DNA of 64,000 nucleotides, taken from Eledone cirrhosa. Taxonomy: Eukaryota. The first letter of the stretch is position 1; every line of letters begins with the position of its first letter. The stretch is from the NCBI GenBank assembly GCA_964016885.1, contig OZ024744.1:20336001-20400000 (forward strand), in the 5' to 3' direction. Made by a program: the position numbers and the translations under genes. The notes beneath the pieces are model-generated. The model made no database searches. It saw only the letters and a program-made list of their open reading frames with translations, and was not told where the DNA came from. Below, piece by piece: positions 43,560 to 57,409 of the stretch.

Positions 43560-46500
43560 TCTTAAGAACTGACTCGTTTTAACAACAGTTGAATCTTAAG
43601 ATAAAACTCGTTTTAACAACAGATGAATCTTAAGAACTGACTCGTTTTATCAACAGTTCAACCTTAAGAACTGATTCGTTTTAACAACAGTTGAATCTTC
43701 AAATAAAACTCGTTTTAACAACAGTTGAATCTTAAGAACTGACTCGTTTTAACAACAGTTGAATCTTAAGAACTGACTCGTTTTAACAATAGTTGAATCT
43801 TATGAACTGACTCATTTTAACAACAGTTGAATCTTAATATAACATTCGTTTTAACAACAGTTGAATCTTAAGAACTGACTCGTTTTAACAACAGTTGAAT
43901 CTTCAAATAAAACTCGATTTAACAACAGTTGAATCTTAAGAACTGACTCGTTTTAACAACTGTTGAATCTTAAGATAAAACTCGTCTTAACTACAGTTGA
44001 ATCTTAAGAACTGACTCGTTTTATCAACAGTTCAACCTTAAGAACTAACTCGTTTTAACAACAGTTGAATCATCAAATCAAACTCGTTCTAACAACAGTT
44101 GAATCTTAAGAACTGACTCGTTTTAACAACAGATGAATCTTATGATAAAACTCGTTTTAACAACAGTTGAATCTTAAGATAAAACTCGTTTTAACAACAG
44201 TTGAATCTTAAGAACTGACTCGTTTTAACAACAGTTGAATCTTCAAACAAAACTCGTTTTAACAGCAGTTGAATCTTAAGAAATGACTCGTTTTAACAAC
44301 AGTTGAATCTTAAGATAAAACTCGTTTTAACAACAGTTGAATCTTAAGAACTGACTTGTTTTATCAACAGTTCAACCGTAAGAACTGACTCGTTTTAACA
44401 ACAGTTGAATGTTCAAATAAAACTCGTTTTAACAACACTAGAATCTTAATAACTGACTCGTTTTAACAACAGTTGAATCGTAAGAACTGACTCGTTTTAA
44501 CAACAGTTAAATCTTAATAACTGACTCGTTTTAACAACAGTTGAATCTTAAGAACTGACTCGTTTTAACAACAGTTGAATGTTAAGATAAAACTCGTTTT
44601 AACAATAGTTGAATCTTAAGAACTGACTCGTTTTAACAACAGTTGAATCTTAAGATAAAACTCGTTTTAACAACAGTTGAATCTTAAGAACTGACTGGTT
44701 TTAACAACAGTTGAATCTTAAGATAAAACTCGTTTTAACAACAGTTGAATCTTAAGAACTGACTCGTTTTATCAACAGTTCAACCGTAAGAACTGATTCG
44801 TTTTAACAACAGTTGAATCTTCAAATAAAACTCGTTTTAACAACAGTTGAATCTTAAGAACTGACTCGTTTTAACAACAGTTGAATCTTAAGAACTGACT
44901 CGTTTTAACAATAGTTGAATCTTATGAACTGACTCATTTGAACAACAGTTGAATCTTAATATAACATTCGTTTTAACAACAGTTGAATCTTAAGAACTGA
45001 CTCGTTTTAACAACAGTTGAATCTTCAAATAAAACTCGATTTAACAACAGTTGAATCTTAAGAACTGACTCGTTTTAACAACTGTTGAATCTTAAGATAA
45101 AACTCGTCTTAACAACAGTTGAATCTTAAGAACTGACTCGTTTTATCAACAGTTCAACCTTAAGAACTAACTCGTTTTAACAACAGTTGAATCATCAAAT
45201 CAAACTCGTTCTAACAACAGTTGAATCTTAAGAACTGACTCGTTTTAACAACAGTTGAATCTTAAGATAAAACTCGTTTTAACAACAGATGAATCTTAAG
45301 AACTGACTCGTTTTATCAACAGTTCAACCTTAAGAACTGATTCGTTTTAACAACAGTTGAATCTTCAAATAAAACTCGTTTTAACAACAGTTGAATCTTA
45401 AGAACTGACTCGTTTTAACAACAGTTGAATCTTAAGAACTGACTCGTTTTAACAATAGTTGAATCTTATGAACTGACTCATTTTAACAACAGTTGAATCT
45501 TAATATAACATTCGTTTTAACAACAGTTGAATCTTAAGAACTGACTCGTTTTAACAACAGTTGAATCTTCAAATAAAACTCGATTTAACAACAGTTGAAT
45601 CTTAAGAACTGACTCGTTTTAACAACTGTTGAATCTTAAGATAAAACTCGTCTTAACTACAGTTGAATCTTAAGAACTGACTCGTTTTATCAACAGTTCA
45701 ACCTTAAGAACTAACTCGTTTTAACAACAGTTGAATCATCAAATCAAACTCGTTCTAACAACAGTTGAATCTTAAGAACTGACTCGTTTTAACAACAGAT
45801 GAATCTTATGATAAAACTCGTTTTAACAACAGTTGAATCTTAAGATAAAACTCGTTTTAACAACAGTTGAATCTTAAGAACTGACTCGTTTTAACAACAG
45901 TTGAATCTTCAAACAAAACTAGTTTTAACAGCAGTTGAATCTTAAGAAATGACTCGTTTTAACAACAGTTGAATCTTAAGATAAAACTCGTTTTAACAAC
46001 AGTTGAATCTTAAGAACTGACTTGTTTTATCAACAGTTCAACCGTAAGAACTGACTCGTTTTAACAACAGTTGAATGTTCAAATAAAACTCGTTTTAACA
46101 ACACTAGAATCTTAATAACTGACTCGTTTTAACAACAGTTGAATCTTAAGAACTGACTCGTTTTAACAACAGTTAAATCTTAATAACTGACTCGTTTTAA
46201 CAACAGTTGAATCTTAAGAACTGACTCGTTTTAACAACAGTTGAATGTTAAGATAAAACTCGTTTTAACAATAGTTGAATCTTAAGAACTGACTCGTTTT
46301 AACAACAGTTGAATCTTAAGATAAAACTCGTTTTAACAACAGTTGAATCTTAAGAACTGACTCGTTTTAACAACAGTTGAATCTTAAGATAAAACTCGTT
46401 TTAACAACAGTTGAATCTTAAGAACTGACTCGTTTTATCAACAGTTCAACCGTAAGAACTGATTCGTTTTAACAACAGTTGAATCTTCAAATAAAACTCG

Positions 46501-46910
46501 TTTTAACAACAGTTGAATCTTAAGAACTGACTCGTTTTAACAACAGTTGAATCTTAAGAACTGACGCGTTTTAACAATAGTTGAATCTTATGAACTGACT
46601 CATTTGAACAACAGTTGAATCTTAATATAACATTCGTTTTAACAACAGTTGAATCTTAAGAACTGACTCGTTTTAACAACAGTTGAATCTTCAAATAAAA
46701 CTCGATTTAACAACAGTTGAATCTTAAGAACTGACTCGTTTTAACAACTGTTGAATCTTAAGATAAAACTCGTCTTAACAACAGTTGAATCTTAAGAACT
46801 GACTCGTTTTATCAACAGTTCAACCTTAAGAACTAACTCGTTTTAACAACAGTTGAATCATCAAATCAAACTCGTTCTAACAACAGTTGAATCTTAAGAA
46901 CTGACTCGTT
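43560..46910. repeat. Tandem duplication with a 1666-bp period (49 monomers)
   Basis: Marker CACTAGAATC at 44436/46102, with the same order of variants on both sides, including GTCTTAACTAC and CATTTGAAC. Confidence 0.85.
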
Positions 46911-47299
46911 TTAACAACTGTTGAATCTTAAGATAAAACTCGTCTTAACAACAGTTGAATCTTAAGAACTGACTCGTTTTATCAACAGTTCAACCTTAAG
47001 AGCTGACTCGTTTAACAACAGTTGAAAATTAAGAACTGACTCGTTTTAACAATAGTTGAATCTTAAGATAAAACTAGTTTTAACAACAGTTGAATCTTAA
47101 GAACTGACTCGTTTTAACAACAGTTGAATGTTAAGATAAAACTCGTTTTAACAATAGTTGAATCTTAAGGACTGACTCGTTTTAACAACAGTTGAATGTT
47201 AAGATAAAACTCGTTTTAACAACAGTTGAATCTTAAGAACTGACTCGTTTTAACAACAGATGAATCTTAAGATAAAACTCGTTTTAACAACTGTTGAAT

Positions 47300-50200
47300 C
47301 TTAAGAACTGACTCGTTTTATCAACAGTTCAACCTTAAGAACTGATTCGTTTTAACAATAGTTGAATCTTCAAATAAAACTCGTTTTAACAACAGTTGAA
47401 ACTTAAGAACTGACTCGTTTTAACAACAGTTGAATCTTAAGAACTGACTCGTTTTAACAATAGTTGAATCTTATGAACTGACTCATTTTAAGAACAGTTG
47501 AATCTTAATATAACATTCGTTTTAACAACAGTTGAATCTTAAGAACTGACTCGTTTTAACAACAGTTGAATGTTAAGATAAAACTCGTTTTAACAACAGT
47601 TGAATCTTAAGAACTGACTCGTTTTAACAACAGTTGAATCTTAAGATAAAACTCGTTTTAACAACAGTTAAATCTTAAGAACTGACTCGTTTTAACAACA
47701 GATGAATCTTAAGATAAAACTCGTTTTAACAACAGTTGAATCTTAAGAACTGACTTGTTTTATCAACAGTACAACCGTACGAACTGACTCGTTTTAACAA
47801 CAGTTGAATCTTCAAATAAAACTCGTTTTAACAACAGTTGAATCTTAAGAAATGACTCGTTTTAACAACAGTTGAATCTTAAGATAAAACTCGTTTTAAC
47901 AACAGTTGAATCTTAAGAACTGACTCGTTTTAACAACAGCTGAATCTTACGATAAAACTCGTTTTAACAACAGTTGAATGTTTAAGAACTGACTTGTTTT
48001 ATCAACAGTTCAACCGTAAGAACTGACTCGTTTTAACAACAGTTGAATGTTCAAATAAAACTGGTTTTAACAACAGTTGAATCTTAAGAACTGACTCGTT
48101 TTAACAACAGTTGAATCTTAAGAACTGACTCGTTTTAACAACAGTTGAATGTTAAGATAAAACTCGTTTTAACAACAGTTGAATCTTAAGAACTGACTCG
48201 TTTTAACAACAGCTGAATCTTAAGATAAAACTCGTTTTAACAACAGTTGAATCTTAAGAACTGACTCGTTTTAACAATAGTTGAATCTTAAAATAAAACT
48301 CGTTTTAACAACAGTTGAATATTAAGAACTGACTCGTTTTAACAACAGTTGAATCTTAAGATAACATTCGTTTTAACAACAGTTGAATCTTAAGAACTGA
48401 TTCTTTTTAACAACAGTTGAATCTTAAGATAAAACTCGTTTTAACAACAGTTGAATCTTCAGAACTGACTCGTTTTAACAACAGCTGAATCTTAAGATAA
48501 AACTCGTTTTAACAACAGTTGAATCTTAAGAACTGACTCATTTTATCAACAGTTCAACCTTAAGAAGTAACTCGTTTTAACAACAGTTGAATCATCAAAT
48601 CAAACTCGTTCTAACAACAGTTGAATCTTAAGGACTGACTCGTTTTAACAACAGTTGAATCTTATGAACTGACTCATTTTAACAACAATTGAATCTTAAG
48701 ATAACATTCGTTTTAACAACAGTTGAATCTTAAGAACTGACTCGTTTTATCAACAGTTCAACCTTAAGAAGTAACTCGTTTTAACAACAGTTGAATCATC
48801 AAATCAAACTCGTTCTAACAACAGTTGAATCTTAAGAACTGACTCGTTGTAACAACAGTTGAGTCTTAAGATAAAACTCGTTTTAACAACAGTTGAATCT
48901 TAAGAACTGACTCATTTTAACAACAGTTGAATCTTAAGATAAAACTCGTTTTAACAACAGTTGAATCTTACGAACTGACTCGTATTAACAACAGCTGAAT
49001 CTTAAGATAAAACTCGTTTTAACAACAGTTGAATCTTAAGAACTGACTTGTTTTAACATCAGTTCAACCTTAAGAGCTGACTCGTTTAACAACAGTTGAA
49101 TCTTCAAATAAAACTCGTTTTAACAACAGTTGAAAATTAAGAACTGACTCGTTTTAACAATAGATGAATCTTAAGATAAAACTAGTTTTAACAACAGTTG
49201 AATCTTAAGAACTGACTCGTTTTAACAACAGTTGAATCTTAAGATAAAACTCCTTTTACCAACTGTTGAATCTTAAGAACTGACTCGTTTTGAAAACAGC
49301 TGAATCTTAAGATATAACTCGTTTTAACAACAGTTGGATCTTAAGAACTGACTTGTTTTATCAACAGTTCAACCGTACGAACTGACTCGTTTTAACAACA
49401 GTTGAATCTTCAAACAAAACTCGTTTTAACAGCAGTTGAATCTTAAGAAATGACTCGTTTTAACAACAGTTGAATCTTAAGATAAAACTCGTTTTAACAA
49501 CAGTTGAATCTTAAGAACTGACTCGTTTTGAAAACAGCTGAATCTTAAGATATAACTCGTTTTAACAACAGTTGGATCTTAAGAACTGACTTGTTTTATC
49601 AACAGTTCAACCGTACGAACTGACTCGTTTTAACAACAGTTGAATGTTCAAATAAAACTCGTTTTTACAACAGTTGAATCTTAATAACTGACTCGTTTTA
49701 ACAACAGTTGAATCTTAAGAACTGACTCGTTTTAACAACAGTTAAATCTTAATAACTGACTCGTTTTAACAACAGTTGAATATTTAGATAAAACTCGTTT
49801 TAACAACAGTTGAATCTTAAGAACTGACTCGTTTTAACAACAGTTGAATGTTAAGATAAAACTCGTTTTAACAATAGTTGAATCTTAAGAACTGACTCGT
49901 TTTAACAACAGTTGAATCTTAAGATAAAACTCGTTTTAACAACAGTTGAATCTTAAGAACTGACTCGTTTTAACAACAGTTGAATCTTAAGATAAAACTC
50001 GTTTTAACAACAGATGAATCTTAAGAACTGACTCGTTTTAACAACAGATGAATCTTAAGATAAAACTCGTTTTAACAACAGTTGAATCTTAAGAACTGAC
50101 TCGTTTTATCAACAGTTCAACCTTAAGAACTGATTCGTTTTAACAACAGTTGAATCTTCAAATAAAACTCGTTTTAACAACAGTTGAATCTTAAGAACTG

Positions 50201-53200
50201 ACTCGTTTTAACAACAGTTGAATCTTAAGAACTGACTCGTTTTAACAATAGTTGAATCTTATGAACTGACTCATTTTAACAACAGTTGAATCTTAATATA
50301 ACATTCGTTTTAACAACAGTTGAATCTTAAGAACTGACTCGTTTTAACAACAGTTGAATCTTCAAATAAAACTCGATTTAACAACAGTTGAATCTTAAGA
50401 ACTGACTCGTTTTAACAACTGTTGAATCTTAAGATAAAACTCGTCTTAACTACAGTTGAATCTTAAGAACTGACTCGTTTTATCAACAGTTCAACCATAA
50501 GAACTAACTCGTTTTAACAACAGTTGAATCATCAAATCAAACTCGTTCTAACAACAGTTGAATCTTAAGAACTGACTCGTTTTAACAACAGATGAATCTT
50601 ATGATAAAACTCGTTTTAACAACAGTTGAATCTTAAGAACTGACTTGTTTTATCAACAGTTCAACCGTACGAACTGACTCGTTTTAACAACAGTTGAATC
50701 TTCAAACAAAACTCGTTTTAACAGCAGTTGAATCTTAAGAAATGACTCGTTTTAACAACAGTTGAATCTTAAGAACTGACTTGTTTTATCAACAGTTCAA
50801 CCGTAAGAACTGACTCGTTTTAACAACAGTTGAATGTTCAAATAAAACTCGTTTTAACAACAGTTGAATCTTAATAACTGACTCGTTTTAACAACAGTTG
50901 AATCTTAAGAACTGACTCGTTTTAACAACAGTTAAATCTTAATAACTGACTCGTTTTAACAACAGTTGAATCTTAAGAACTGACTCGTTTTAACAACAGT
51001 TGAATGTTAAGATAAAACTCGTTTTAACAATAGTTGAATCTTAAGAACTGACTCGTTTTAACAACAGTTGAATCTTAAGATAGAAACTCGTTTTAACAAC
51101 AGTTGAATCTTAAGAACTGACTCGTTTTAACAACAGTTGAATCTTAAGATAAAACTCGTTTTAACAACAGTTGAATCTTAAGAACTGACTCGTTTTATCA
51201 ACAGTTCAACCGTAAGAACTGATTCGTTTTAACAACAGTTGAATCTTCAAATAAAACTCGTTTTAACAACAGTTGAATCTTAAGAACTGACTCGTTTTAA
51301 CAACAGTTGAATCTTAAGAACTGACTCGTTTTAACAATAGTTGAATCTTATGAACTGACTCATTTTAACAACAGTTGAATCTTAATATAACATTCGTTTT
51401 AACAACAGTTGAATCTTAAGAACTGACTCGTTTTAACAACAGTTGAATCTTCAAATAAAACTCGATTTAACAACAGTTGAATCTTAAGAACTGACTCGTT
51501 TTAACAACTGTTGAATCTGAAGATAAAACTCGTCTTAACAACAGTTGAATCTTAAGAACTGACTCGTTTTATCAACAGTTCAACCTTAAGAACTAACTAG
51601 TTTTAACAACAGTTGAATCATCAAATCAAACTCGTTCTAACAACAGTTGAATCTTAAGAACTGACTCGTTTTAACAACAGTTGAGTCTTAAGATAAAACT
51701 CGTTTTAAAAACAGTTGAATCTTAAGAACTGACTTGTTTTAACATCAGTTCAACCTTAAGAGCTGACTCGTTTAACAACAGTTGAAAATTAAGAACTGAC
51801 TCGTTTTAACAATAGTTGAATCTTAAGATAAAACTAGTTTTAACAACAGTTGAATCTTAAGAACTGACTCGTTTTATCAACAGTTCAACCTTAAGAACTG
51901 ATACGTTTTAACAATAGTTGAATCTTCAAATAAAACTCGTTTTAACAACAGTTGAAACTTAAGAACTGACTCGTTTTAACAACAGTTGAATCTTAAGAAC
52001 TGACTCGTTTTAACAATAGTTGAATCTTATGAACTGACTCATTTTAACAACAGTTGAATCTTAATATAACATTCGTTTTAACAACAGTTGAATCTTAAGA
52101 ACTGACTCGTTTTAACAACAGTTGAATGTTAAGATAAAACTCGTTTTAACAACAGTTGAATCTTAAGAACTGACTCGTTTTAACAACAGTTGAATCTTAA
52201 GATAAAACTCGTTTTAACAACAGTTGAATCTTAAGAACTGACTCGTTTTAACAACAGATGAATCTTAAGATAAAACTCGTTTTAACAACAGTTGAATCTT
52301 AAGAACTGACTTGTTTTATCAACAGTTCAACCGTACGAACTGACTCGTTTTAACAACAGTTGAATCTTCAAATAAAACTCGTTTTAACAACAGTTGAATC
52401 TTAAGAAATGACTCGTTTTAACAGCAGTTGAATCTTAAGATAAAACTCGTTTTAACAACAGTTGAATCTTAAGAACTGACTCGTTTTAACAACAGCTGAA
52501 TCTTAAGATAAAACTCGTTTTAACAACAGTTGAATGTTTAAGAACTGACTTGTTTTATCAACAGTTCAACCGTAAGAACTGACTCGTTTTAACAACAGTT
52601 GAATGTTCAAATAAAACTGGTTTTAACAACAGTTGAATCTTAAGAACTGACTCGTTTTAACAACAGTTGAATCTTAAGAACTGACTCGTTTTAACAACAG
52701 TTGAATGTTAAGATAAAACTCGTTTTAACAACAGTTGAATCTTAAGAACTGACTCGTTTTAACAACAGCTGAATCTTAAGATAAAACTCGTTTTAACAAC
52801 AGTTGAATCTTAAGAACTGACTCGTTTTAACAATAGTTGAATCTTAAAATAAAACTCGTTTTAACAACAGTTGAATCTTAAGAACTGACTCATTTTATCA
52901 ACAGTTCAACCTTAAGAAGTAACTCGTTTTAACAACAGTTGAATCATCAAATCAAACTCGTTCTAACAACAGTTGAATCTTAAGGACTGACTCGTTTTAA
53001 CAACAGTTGAATCTTATGAACTGACTCATTTTAACAACAATTGAATCTTAAGATAACATTCGTTTTAACAACAGTTGAATCTTAAGAACTGACTCGTTTT
53101 ATCAACAGTTCAACCTTAAGAAGTAACTCGTTTTAACAACAGTTGAATCATCAAATCAAACTCGTTCTAACAACAGTTGAATCTTAAGAACTGACTCGTT

Positions 53201-55320
53201 GTAACAACAGTTGAGTCTTAAGATAAAACTCGTTTTAACAACAGTTGAATCTTAAGAACTGACTCATTTTCACAACAGTTGAATCTTAAGATAAAACTCG
53301 TTTTAACAACAGTTGAATCTTACGAACTGACTCGTTTTAACAACAGCTGAATCTTAAGATAAAACTCGTTTTAACAACAGTTGAATCTTAAGAACTGACT
53401 TGTTTTAACATCAGTTCAACCTTAAGAGCTGACTCGTTTAACAACAGTTGAATCTTCAAATAAAACTCGTTTTAACAACAGTTGAAAATTAAGAACTGAC
53501 TCGTTTTAACAATAGATGAATCTTAAGATAAAACTAGTTTTAACAACAGTTGAATCTTAAGAACTGACTCGTTTTAACAACAGTTGAATCTTAAGATAAA
53601 ACTCCTTTTACCAACTGTTGAATCTTAAGAACTGACTCGTTTTGAAAACAGCTGAATCTTAAGATATAACTCGTTTTAACAACAGTTGGATCTTAAGAAC
53701 TGACTTGTTTTATCAACAGTTCAACCGTACGAACTGACTCGTTTTAACAACAGTTGAATCTTCAAACAAAACTCGTTTTAACAGCAGTTGAATCTTAAGA
53801 AATGACTCGTTTTAACAACAGTTGAATCTTAAGATAAAACTCGTTTTAACAACAGTTGAATCTTAAGAACTGACTCGTTTTGAAAACAGCTGAATCTTAA
53901 GATATAACTCGTTTTAACAACAGTTGGATCTTAAGAACTGACTTGTTTTATCAACAGTTCAACCGTACGAACTGACTCGTTTTAACAACAGTTGAATGTT
54001 CAAATAAAACTCGTTTTTACAACAGTTGAATCTTAATAACTGACTCGTTTTAACAACAGTTGAATCTTAAGAACTGACTCGTTTTAACAACAGTTAAATC
54101 TTAATAACTGACTCGTTTTAACAACAGTTGAATATTTAGATAAAACTCGTTTTAACAACAGTTGAATCTTAAGAACTGACTCGTTTTAACAACAGTTGAA
54201 TGTTAAGATAAAACTCGTTTTAACAATAGTTGAATCTTAAGAACTGACTCGTTTTAACAACAGTTGAATCTTAAGATAAAACTCGTTTTAACAACAGTTG
54301 AATCTTAAGAACTGACTCGTTTTAACAACAGTTGAATCTTAAGATAAAACTCGTTTTAACAACAGATGAATCTTAAGAACTGACTCGTTTTAACAACAGA
54401 TGAATCTTAAGATAAAACTCGTTTTAACAACAGTTGAATCTTAAGAACTGACTCGTTTTATCAACAGTTCAACCTTAAGAACTGATTCGTTTTAACAACA
54501 GTTGAATCTTCAAATAAAACTCGTTTTAACAACAGTTGAATCTTAAGAACTGACTCGTTTTAACAACAGTTGAATCTTAAGAACTGACTCGTTTTAACAA
54601 TAGTTGAATCTTATGAACTGACTCATTTTAACAACAGTTGAATCTTAATATAACATTCGTTTTAACAACAGTTGAATCTTAAGAACTGACTCGTTTTAAC
54701 AACAGTTGAATCTTCAAATAAAACTCGATTTAACAACAGTTGAATCTTAAGAACTGACTCGTTTTAACAACTGTTGAATCTTAAGATAAAACTCGTCTTA
54801 ACTACAGTTGAATCTTAAGAACTGACTCGTTTTATCAACAGTTCAACCATAAGAACTAACTCGTTTTAACAACAGTTGAATCATCAAATCAAACTCGTTC
54901 TAACAACAGTTGAATCTTAAGAACTGACTCGTTTTAACAACAGATGAATCTTATGATAAAACTCGTTTTAACAACAGTTGAATCTTAAGAACTGACTTGT
55001 TTTATCAACAGTTCAACCGTACGAACTGACTCGTTTTAACAACAGTTGAATCTTCAAACAAAACTCGTTTTAACAGCAGTTGAATCTTAAGAAATGACTC
55101 GTTTTAACAACAGTTGAATCTTAAGAACTGACTTGTTTTATCAACAGTTCAACCGTAAGAACTGACTCGTTTTAACAACAGTTGAATGTTCAAATAAAAC
55201 TCGTTTTAACAACAGTTGAATCTTAATAACTGACTCGTTTTAACAACAGTTGAATCTTAAGAACTGACTCGTTTTAACAACAGTTAAATCTTAATAACTG
55301 ACTCGTTTTAACAACAGTTG
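47300..55320. repeat. Large duplication with an offset of 4352 bp (128 monomers), or 4556 bp (134 monomers) in its left part
   Basis: Markers TAGATGAATC 49161/53513, TGAAAACAGC 49291/53643, TCAACCATAA 50491/54843, and TTGAATCTTAAAATA 48281/52837. Confidence 0.85.
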
Positions 55321-57409
55321 AATCTTATGAACTGACTCATTTTAACAACAGTTGAATCTTAATATAACATTCGTTTTAACAACAGTTGAATCTTAAGAAC
55401 TGACTCGTTTTAACAACAGTTGAATCTTCAAATAAAACTCGATTTAACAACAGTTGAATCTTAAGAACTGACTCGTTTTAACAACAGTTGAATCTTAAGA
55501 ACTGACTCGTTTTAACAATAGTTGAATCTTATGAACTGACTCATTTTAACAACAGTTGAATCTTAATATAACATTCGTTTTAACAACAGTTGAATCTTAA
55601 GAACTGACTCGTTTTAACAACAGTTGAATCTTCAAATAAAACTCGATTTAACAACAGTTGAATCTTAAGAACTGACTCGTTTTAACAACTGTTGAATCTG
55701 AAGATAAAACTCGTCTTAACAACAGTTGAATCTTAAGAACTGACTCGTTTTATCAACAGTTCAACCTTAAGAACTAACTCGTTTTAACAACAGTTGAATC
55801 ATCAAATCAAACTCGTTCTAACAACAGTTGAATCTTAAGAACTGACTCGTTTTAACAACAGTTGAGTCTTAAGATAAAACTCGTTTTAAAAACAGTTGAA
55901 TCTTAAGAACTGACTTGTTTTAACATCAGTTCAACCTTAAGAGCTGACTCGTTTAACAACAGTTGAAAATTAAGAACTGACTCGTTTTAACAATAGTTGA
56001 ATCTTAAGATAAAAATAGTTTTAACAACAGTTGAATCTTAAGAACTGACTCGTTTTAACAACAGTTGAATGTTAAGATAAATCTCGTTTTAACAATAGTT
56101 GAATCTTAAGAACTGACTCGTTTTAACAACAGTTGAATCTTAAGTTAAAACTCGTTTTAACAACAGTTGAATCTTAAGAACTGACTCGTTTTAACAACAG
56201 TTGAATCTTAAGATAAAACTCGTTTTAACAACAGTTGAATCTTAAGAACTGACTCGTTTTAACAACAGATGAATCTTAAGATAAAACTCGTTTTAACAAC
56301 AGTTGAATCTTAAGAACTGACTTGTTTTATCAACAGTTCAACCGTACGAACTGACTCGTTTTAACAACAGTTGAATCTTCAAATAAAACTCGTTTTAACA
56401 ACAGTTGAATCTTAAGAAATGACTCGTTTTAACAACAGTTGAATCTTAAGATAAAACTCGTTTTAACAACAGTTGAATCTTAAGAACTGACTCGTTTTAA
56501 CAACAGCTGAATCTTAAGATAAAACTCGTTTTAACAACAGTTGAATGTTTAAGAACTGACTTGTTTTATGAACAGTTCAACCGTAAGAACTAACTCGTTT
56601 TAACAACAGTTGAATCATCAAATCAAACTCGTTCTAACAACAGTTGAATCTTAAGAACTGACTCGTTTTAACAACAGATGAATCTTATGATAAAACTCGT
56701 TTTAACAACAGTTGAATCTTAAGAACTGACTTGTTTTATCAACAGTTCAACCGTACGAACTGACTCGTTTTAACAACAGTTGAATCTTCAAACAAAACTC
56801 GTTTTAACAGCAGTTGAATCTTAAGAAATGACTCGTTTTAACAACAGTTGAATCTTAAGATAAAACTCGTTTTAACAACAGTTGAATCTTAAGAACTGAC
56901 TTGTTTTATCAACAGTTCAACCGTAATAACTGACTCGTTTTAACAACAGTTGAATGTTCAAATAAAACTCGTTTTAACAACAGTTGAATCTTAATAACTG
57001 ACTCGTTTTAACAACAGTTGAATCTTAAGAACTGACTCGTTTTAACAACAGTTAAATCTTAATAACTGACTCGTTTTAACAACAGTTGAATCTTAAGAAC
57101 TGACTCGTTTTAACAACAGTTGAATGTTAAGATAAAACTCGTTTTAACAATAGTTGAATCTTAAGAACTGACTCGTTTTAACAACAGTTGAATCTTAAGA
57201 TAAAACTCGTTTTAACAACAGTTGAATCTTAAGAACTGACTCGTTTTAACAACAGTTGAATCTTAAGATAAAACTCGTTTTAACAACAGTTGAATCTTAA
57301 GAACTGACTCGTTTTATCAACAGTTCAACCGTAAGAACTGATTCGTTTTAACAACAGTTGAATCTTCAAATAAAACTCGTTTTAACAACAGTTGAATCTT
57401 AAGAACTGA

